This document shows positions 26,319 through 32,000 of a stretch of 32,000 nt of DNA, piece after piece (position 1 is the stretch's first letter; every line of letters begins with the position of its first letter). Where the stretch lies: positions 1,470,001-1,502,000 of the forward strand of contig NC_017459.1 of NCBI RefSeq assembly GCF_000237865.1. The letters run 5' to 3'. A model generated the notes under the pieces. The model had not been told where the DNA came from. It was given only the letters and a program-made list of their open reading frames with translations, and ran no database searches. The position numbers were made by a program, and so were the translations under genes. The DNA comes from Haloquadratum walsbyi C23 (GTDB taxonomy: Archaea; Halobacteriota; Halobacteria; Halobacteriales; Haloferacaceae).

Positions 26319-28376
26319 TCATGGATTTATTTCGATGATAACACTTCCATATGTATCGATTTCTGCGGTTTGCTCTGGACGAATAACGGTCGTACTCTGA
26401 GCATCATCGATAATTGCCGGACCGGTAAGTGTATTTTCAGGGGGGAGTTGTGACCGGTCATATACGGGTGTTTCGCGCTGTTGACCATCGAACCAGACCG
26501 ATCGGGTCTCGATAATAGCATCACTCACAGCAGTGTTTGTCTCTGGGGTGGTCACCGTGAGATCTGGCTCAGTAGTACTTCCGCGAGCGCGTGTTCGAAC
26601 GGTGACGAGTTCAAGCGGTTTTGTTTTATCAGCGTGACCATATCGTCGCTCATGAGCGCTGTGAAATCTCGATTCGATGACTGATAGTGTCTCGGTATCA
26701 ATCTCCCCAGGTGGGACTGAAATAGATAACTCAAATGATTGCCCGGCATATCGGAGGTCAACTGACCGTTCAAAGCACATCTGGTCGGGTGAGATTCCTT
26801 CGGCATCCAATTGTGCACGCCCGTCTGAAATGAACTCTGTGAACATTGTTGATAGCGTCGTTGAAGAAACCACATCCCATGGTCGAACGTGTGAGTTACT
26901 GAAATCATATATAGTATCACTGATGAGTAATCCAAGTGCTGATAAGACGCCTGCAGTCTGTGGAATAATGACTCGCGGAATGTCAAGCGTTGAGGCGATT
27001 GCAGTCGCATGGAGTGGTCCTGCACCACCAAAGGCAACAAGTCCAAATTCGCGGGGATCATATCCACGCTCAACAGAGACAACCCGAAGTGCCCGTTGCA
27101 TGCTTGCATTTGCGACATCAATGACACCCTGTGCAGCGGTTTCAATCGATATCCCAAGCGGCGCTGCGAGTTTCGTTTCAAATATCTCACGAATCTGTGC
27201 AATATCAACAGCAACATTATCACTGAGGAACGAAGACGGGTCAAGTCGACCCAGTAGAAGATGTGCATCGGTGATTGTTGGGCGATTGCCCCCTTTGCCG
27301 TAACTGATTGGACCAGGATCCGAGCCTGCTGACTGCGGTCCGACACGAAGTGCATTGCCTTCATCAACCCATGCAATCGACCCACCGCCAGCCCCGACGG
27401 TATGAATATCAATCATCTGTGTATGCACGGGGTACTCACCGACAGTCACATCTCGCGAAATCGTTGGTGTGCCATTGTGGACTAATGAGACATCACACGA
27501 TGTTCCCCCCATATCCATTGTAATAACATCTGAGATATCACATAATTCAGCGATGTATGTCGCTCCCTGGACGCCCGCTGCTGGTCCGGATAGAAGTGTA
27601 TTTACTGGGGCATCTCGCGCCACGGTCGCAGTGATAATGCCTCCGTTTGACTGCATGATATTGAGATCTGTTGTGACACCAGCACGCGTTAGCTCTGTTT
27701 CAAGATTACCGATATAGCGGTCCATAACCGGTTTTAATGCTGCATTCAGCGCTGTTGTCAATGTGCGCTCGTATTCGCGGATTTCTGGGAGAACATCACT
27801 TGATAATGAATAGCTCACATCAACATTATGCTCGGTTAATATCTCCTTGATACGGGTTTCATGGACTTGGTTTTCATACGCGAATAAGAGACTAATCGCA
27901 ACGCTATCGATATCTGCATTTTTGAGTTTCGCTGCGAGTGTTTCAACCGCATCCTCATCAAGTGGCGTATCGATTGTGCCTTGGGCTGTTACTCGCTCTG
28001 GGACAGTGAAACGACGTTGTCGAGGAACGATTGGAGTTGGCTTCTCGGTCTGGAAGTCATAGATATCTGGACGTGCCTGTCGACCAATCGCAAGTGCATC
28101 TCGGAATCCATCAGTCGTGATAAGCGCAGTGTCAGCCCACGCTTCCTCTAAGACAGCATTCGTCGCAACAGTCGTCCCATGTGCAACAAATCCAATGTCT
28201 GATATTGAAAGCGATATTGACTCGGTTAATTGATTCAGTCCGCCCAGTACGCCACGTTCTTGAGCGTTTGTCGATGGTGTCTTTGTGACAGTTACCGTCC
28301 CATTATTAATTACGACGAGATCAGTGAACGTCCCGCCGATATCGATGCCAACCCGCGGCTCAGTGTCTCTTGTCAT
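26319..28376 (-). CDS. hyuA: Hydantoinase A / oxoprolinase family protein (N-methylhydantoinase A-like)
   Basis: The N-terminal RVGIDIGGTFTDLVV ATPase motif, with 685 aa collinear to the HyuA family. It lies 58 bp upstream of hyuB on the same strand. Confidence 0.9.
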   Translation of the reverse strand: MTRDTEPRVGIDIGGTFTDLVVINNGTVTVTKTPSTNAQERGVLGGLNQLTESISLSISDIGFVAHGTTVATNAVLEEAWADTALITTDGFRDALAIGRQARPDIYDFQTEKPTPIVPRQRRFTVPERVTAQGTIDTPLDEDAVETLAAKLKNADIDSVAISLLFAYENQVHETRIKEILTEHNVDVSYSLSSDVLPEIREYERTLTTALNAALKPVMDRYIGNLETELTRAGVTTDLNIMQSNGGIITATVARDAPVNTLLSGPAAGVQGATYIAELCDISDVITMDMGGTSCDVSLVHNGTPTISRDVTVGEYPVHTQMIDIHTVGAGGGSIAWVDEGNALRVGPQSAGSDPGPISYGKGGNRPTITDAHLLLGRLDPSSFLSDNVAVDIAQIREIFETKLAAPLGISIETAAQGVIDVANASMQRALRVVSVERGYDPREFGLVAFGGAGPLHATAIASTLDIPRVIIPQTAGVLSALGLLISDTIYDFSNSHVRPWDVVSSTTLSTMFTEFISDGRAQLDAEGISPDQMCFERSVDLRYAGQSFELSISVPPGEIDTETLSVIESRFHSAHERRYGHADKTKPLELVTVRTRARGSTTEPDLTVTTPETNTAVSDAIIETRSVWFDGQQRETPVYDRSQLPPENTLTGPAIIDDAQSTTVIRPEQTAEIDTYGSVIIEINP

Positions 28377-29129
28377 TACTCATTCTTATGATAATGATGA
28401 ATAGTATTGAGCTTCGTGTGTGTTATGATTAATCATCCCTTCGTGCGTGCGACTGTCACTATCAGTCGGTGATATACGATTTCGTTATATGACCATGTTG
28501 GCATACTCTCTGTCTGGATCATCATAATTCTGGATTTAATCCCCATTCTGATATTTTATCGGGAACGCAACGAACCCGACATTTGATACCTGTGTCACAT
28601 CTCTGTTTCTGGATGCGTTGTCCCCAATGACCTCATCGAGTATCTGTTTGAGCAGTCGTCGGTATACATCAAAGTAGCAACCGAGTCTCTCGATCACATA
28701 GAGGCGGGCGTGAATGACACGATGACGTCCCGAAAATAATGAAATCGCCATCGAGATGACGGGCAGGCAGCGCTATCGATAGTCTCAGACTCATAGTGTA
28801 CTCGACATTGTCGAACTCTGCTGAATATACCCATCGGTGCTATAGTCATCTCTTTGTGTGAAGTCTGATGCTGGCTTCGGGTGAAAGCACGGTTTCAGAG
28901 AATCTTACCTGAAATCTCCAGTAAGAACAAAAGAAACACATTGAAACCAAAGCACTGAGGACGAGGTGCTATCCGACACGGGTACCACACTGCCCAACTC
29001 GGTCGAACTGTGAGATACTAGTCATATTGTTGATAAATAATAATCATACCCACAATTGAACGTTCCATCTCTTTTGATTATTCGACGACTGGAATTATTA
29101 TCAGTCATAGCACTATCTTGTTCTCAGTT

Positions 29130-29441
29130 TCACCTGTTCTGTTGTTGGCGGACATGATTACTCGTTTCAACATTGATATCAAGCCGATTTGTTCCACGAA
29201 TCCATGAGAGATATTCCGTTAGTCGCGAGGCTGAACGGAGTGCGTTAATGGTATCATACTCTGATCTGAGCTCATCATTCGTGAACAGTGCGTGAATCTG
29301 TTTATGACACGGTCGACACACCATCACGGTTGGACTCTCCGCCCGTTCTTCAGGTCGAAGGTGGTGCTCTTGCACAGCTTGTGGATCCTGTAGACGCTCA
29401 TCCGGGACGATGCGACGACAGAGTGCACAGGTCGTCGACAT
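29130..29441 (-). CDS. Small stand-alone HNH endonuclease-domain protein
   Basis: 103 aa with CALCRR ... QEHHLRPEE ... CRPCHKQIH, a CxxC / HH / CxxCH arrangement of the HNH zinc-finger fold. Confidence 0.7.
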   Translation of the reverse strand: MSTTCALCRRIVPDERLQDPQAVQEHHLRPEERAESPTVMVCRPCHKQIHALFTNDELRSEYDTINALRSASRLTEYLSWIRGTNRLDINVETSNHVRQQQNR

Positions 29442-29565
29442 ACATACAGATAAGATATGCAGGATACAATCAGTGTCGGTCGATAGTGATGAGATACTAT
29501 ATTCAACATATCAATCTCGTCGATAAACTATCCGGACCGACTCACCACATGTGCGGTCCGATTCA

Positions 29566-29673
29566 TAGTGATTAGTGCAAGTCTTTACCGCCGTGGTTAT
29601 TCGTGTCGGTGATAGGAGCCGCTGAACCCGCGTCATTCGACACCGCCGGTGAAACTATTCGAAGCAATCACTA
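29566..29673 (+). mobile_element. MITE family A copy 3 (108 bp)
   Basis: TAGTGATTAG ... GCAATCACTA flanked by TCA at 29563-29565 and 29674-29676. It lies between the HNH gene start and the stop of the ABC ATPase gene. Confidence 0.85.
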
Positions 29674-29698
29674 TCAGACAAAACCCTGTCCATGCCGG

Positions 29699-30718
29699 TT
29701 AATTCCTGAGTATGTGCACGCGGTCAGGATCAAGCGAGAGCGTCACATGTCGGGACTCAGGGGCGTGAGTTGGGTCAAACCGAAGTGTTAGTTCGTGACC
29801 ATCCGGCGTGCGTGCTGTCATCCGCACGTGCTCACCGAGATAAAATCGATCCTCGATTGTCGCCTCGATTGGTCCTTCATCAAGCGTAAACGCCTCTGGG
29901 CGAGCAACGACAGTCACACTTCCATTGGGAGCGTTTGCTGGTGCTGTGACGGTTGCATGACCCAAATCAAGCGTTCCATTACGAATTGTTGCATCCAGTC
30001 GATTTGAAGTCCCAACAAAGTCTGCAACAAAATTGTTTGCTGGAGCTTCATAGATCTCAGCCGGTGTTCCGACCTGCTCAATATGCCCGTCATTCATTAC
30101 GGCAATCCGATCACACATCACCATTGCTTCGCTTTGATCATGAGTCACATATAATGAGGTGACATCAATCTCATCGAGTAATGAGCCAATCTCCTGCTGT
30201 AATCGCGTTTTAAGTTTAGCGTCTAAGCCAGTCATTGGCTCATCAAGTAACAGAACACGGGGTTCAATTGCTAGCGCTCGAGCGAGACCAACGCGCTGTT
30301 GTTGCCCACCTGAGAGTGTTGTTGGGTCACGATTCCCCATCTCACCGATATCGAGTAGCGTGAGTAGCTCTGCTGCCCGTTCAGAACGCTGTTCTTTTGG
30401 CATATCTCGCATTTTTAATCCGAATTCAACGTTTTCTTGAACGGTCATATTATTGAACAGCGCATACGATTGAAATACTAATCCGACATTGCGTTGTTCG
30501 GGCGGGACGTGTGTCACCTCTTCACCGTCGAATAAGACGCGACCTGCATTTGGTGTTTCAAATCCTGCAACCGTTCGAAGCGTCGTTGTTTTTCCACATC
30601 CAGAAGGACCAACGAGCCCAATTGTCTCCCCTGGTTCGACAGTTAATGAGACAGTATCCACAGCGACGGTTTCATCGAATTGTTTCGTAATATTGTCGAT
30701 TGTAACTTGTTCAGCCAT
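29699..30718 (-). CDS. ABC importer ATP-binding protein (PotA/CysA/FbpC-like, with a C-terminal TOBE-type domain)
   Basis: Walker A GPSGCGKTT, signature LSGGQQQRV, Walker B LLLDEP and H-loop YVTHDQ. Substrate is not inferable. Confidence 0.9.
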   Translation of the reverse strand: MAEQVTIDNITKQFDETVAVDTVSLTVEPGETIGLVGPSGCGKTTTLRTVAGFETPNAGRVLFDGEEVTHVPPEQRNVGLVFQSYALFNNMTVQENVEFGLKMRDMPKEQRSERAAELLTLLDIGEMGNRDPTTLSGGQQQRVGLARALAIEPRVLLLDEPMTGLDAKLKTRLQQEIGSLLDEIDVTSLYVTHDQSEAMVMCDRIAVMNDGHIEQVGTPAEIYEAPANNFVADFVGTSNRLDATIRNGTLDLGHATVTAPANAPNGSVTVVARPEAFTLDEGPIEATIEDRFYLGEHVRMTARTPDGHELTLRFDPTHAPESRHVTLSLDPDRVHILRN

Positions 30719-31735
30719 TTATCTGACACCTCCAACTGAGAAGCCGTTTTCACCAACGTAATTCAACAGTGCTGTCACCGCAGCGACAATCACAAAGTAA
30801 ATTGAGATCGCGGCTGCAGCCCGCAAGAATGGATTATTGGAAATATTCTCGAATAAGAATAATGAGAATGGTCGTGGACCACTAGAGTATACCACATATG
30901 AGAAATTAAATTCCGCAGCCGCGAGCGTCCAGCAAATGATTGACCCTGAGATAATGCCTTGTTTTGCTCCTGGAATGATGACGCGTAGAAAGGTGGTTGT
31001 CCAGGAGGCTCCAAGCGAACGGGCGCTTTCTTCCATGCTTCGCAGGTCCATCGACTCAAATGATGATTGAACAGCAAGTACCATATATGGAATCTTCAAC
31101 AGTGAATACCCCAACACAAGTGCAATAACACTTGGAAGGCCAGGATATGTCTTCAGAAAGGCAATACCAAGGATAATTCCGGGAACAATAGGTAATACAG
31201 CAAACGTGTTCATCAGCCGTCGACCAGGAAAGTCATATCTGGTGACTGCATATGCAATCGGAACACCAACAAGTAAATTAATAACAACGCCGAGTAGGGC
31301 AAGTAATACACTGAATCCTAATGCGACTGGGATTGGTGTCGGGATGCGTATATCAAAGGGAAATGAGACCGTGATGTCTGCAATCCCTGGGAGTTGAAGA
31401 ATAAATAAAATGTCCGGGGCAACAAATGTCCAGAACCCACCAAGTCCCCGTTGAGCGCCAATGCTTTCAGCACCGATTCCAAGTGCTTGTGCCCAGTTTT
31501 GTACGGTAAATCCACCACTTGGAAGGATGCCAGTCCAGTTCTGAAAGAACGATGCAACGAAAGTGATCAATACCGGACCGATAAGAAACCCAACAGTAAC
31601 AAAAATAAGTACCGTAATCAGCTTTCGACCATAGATTGCAGAAAGTCGACCGAGTTGTCCAGGCTCACGCTCGGGCACTGTACCGGTGATTGCTTGTGTG
31701 TTATTTGAATTTGAGTCTGAATCTGGAGTGCTCAT
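30719..31735 (-). CDS. ABC importer permease subunit
   Basis: 338 aa with 6 TM helices and the EAA-type loop MEESARSLGASWTTTFLRVIIPGAKQG. Its stop abuts the ATPase start. Confidence 0.85.
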   Translation of the reverse strand: MSTPDSDSNSNNTQAITGTVPEREPGQLGRLSAIYGRKLITVLIFVTVGFLIGPVLITFVASFFQNWTGILPSGGFTVQNWAQALGIGAESIGAQRGLGGFWTFVAPDILFILQLPGIADITVSFPFDIRIPTPIPVALGFSVLLALLGVVINLLVGVPIAYAVTRYDFPGRRLMNTFAVLPIVPGIILGIAFLKTYPGLPSVIALVLGYSLLKIPYMVLAVQSSFESMDLRSMEESARSLGASWTTTFLRVIIPGAKQGIISGSIICWTLAAAEFNFSYVVYSSGPRPFSLFLFENISNNPFLRAAAAISIYFVIVAAVTALLNYVGENGFSVGGVR

Positions 31736-32000
31736 TGTGCTACCTCCGCACTCGTGTAGCGGAGACTAAGGAAAGTAAATAATACGGTGAATATAAAGAA
31801 GACTCCAGCAAGTGCTGAGGCAATATTTAATTCATATCCAACTTTGACAAGTTGATCAAATCGGAACGTAACAACCGAGAGTGACTTCAGAACTAACACA
31901 GTGCCAAAGATGGCAAGTGCCGTCCGAAACGTCAGGATGCATGCACCCACAATGCCTGGACGAATCTGTGGAAGGGTGACATATCGGAATGTTTGCATTG
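31732..32000 (-). CDS. Second ABC importer permease subunit, C-terminal part only (gene continues beyond the window)
   Basis: The frame is open to the window edge. It reads ...TLPQIRPGIVGA..., the segment that follows the EAA loop. There is a 4-nt ATGA overlap with the downstream permease. Confidence 0.7.
   Translation of the reverse strand, partial: MQTFRYVTLPQIRPGIVGACILTFRTALAIFGTVLVLKSLSVVTFRFDQLVKVGYELNIASALAGVFFIFTVLFTFLSLRYTSAEVAQ

Noticed and set aside
26552-27412. 286-codon alternative-frame ORF, and 208-codon antisense ORF 26677-27303, inside hyuA
   Set aside because: Both are fully contained in the hyuA reading frame, which has a clear family signature. Their own translations are low-complexity and not protein-like.
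28536-28751. 71-codon ORF (MAISLFSGRHRVIHARLYVIERLGCYFDVYRRLLKQILDEVIGDNA...)
   Set aside because: It is short, basic and without a recognisable family. It may be a relic of a transposase or other gene, but I cannot support that from sequence alone.

Overview
The window reads as chromosomal DNA of a haloarchaeon. Predicted proteins are strongly acidic with D/E-rich low-complexity tails, and GC looks low for a halophile by eye. Gene content and repeat load remind me of Haloquadratum, which I cannot verify without a search.

I support about 23 protein genes:
- a UPF0104-type membrane protein and an AIM24/TIGR00266 protein
- an HxlR regulator divergent from an isochorismatase-family hydrolase
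- a pentapeptide-repeat protein, an SMR (SugE/Gdx-like) exporter and an MFS transporter
- an Mrr-type nuclease fusion
- an APC permease followed by two tandem-USP paralogs
- a two-domain MetE, an ornithine-cyclodeaminase-family enzyme and a ZIP metal transporter
- hyuA-hyuB (hydantoinase/oxoprolinase), a small HNH protein and the distal part of an ABC importer operon

I saw no rRNA, tRNA or CRISPR array.

The unusual part is the non-coding fraction. No intact transposase is present, yet the window holds:
- three copies of a 107-108 bp MITE, each flanked on both sides by TCA
- two copies of a second ~130 bp palindromic MITE bracketing a 3.4 kb cassette
- several TnpB-less remnants of IS200/IS605 (IS1341-type) elements that keep only the 3' tail plus right-end hairpin, the part that encodes the omega/reRNA scaffold in active elements

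These remnants include an internally deleted mini-element at 12821-13180 and probably the GC-rich hairpin-dense island at 1920-2400.

The Mrr-cat / zinc-ribbon / membrane-anchor fusion at 13288-14652, next to the mini-element, is my best candidate for an undescribed protein-based system. All family calls come from reading the translations, not from database searches.
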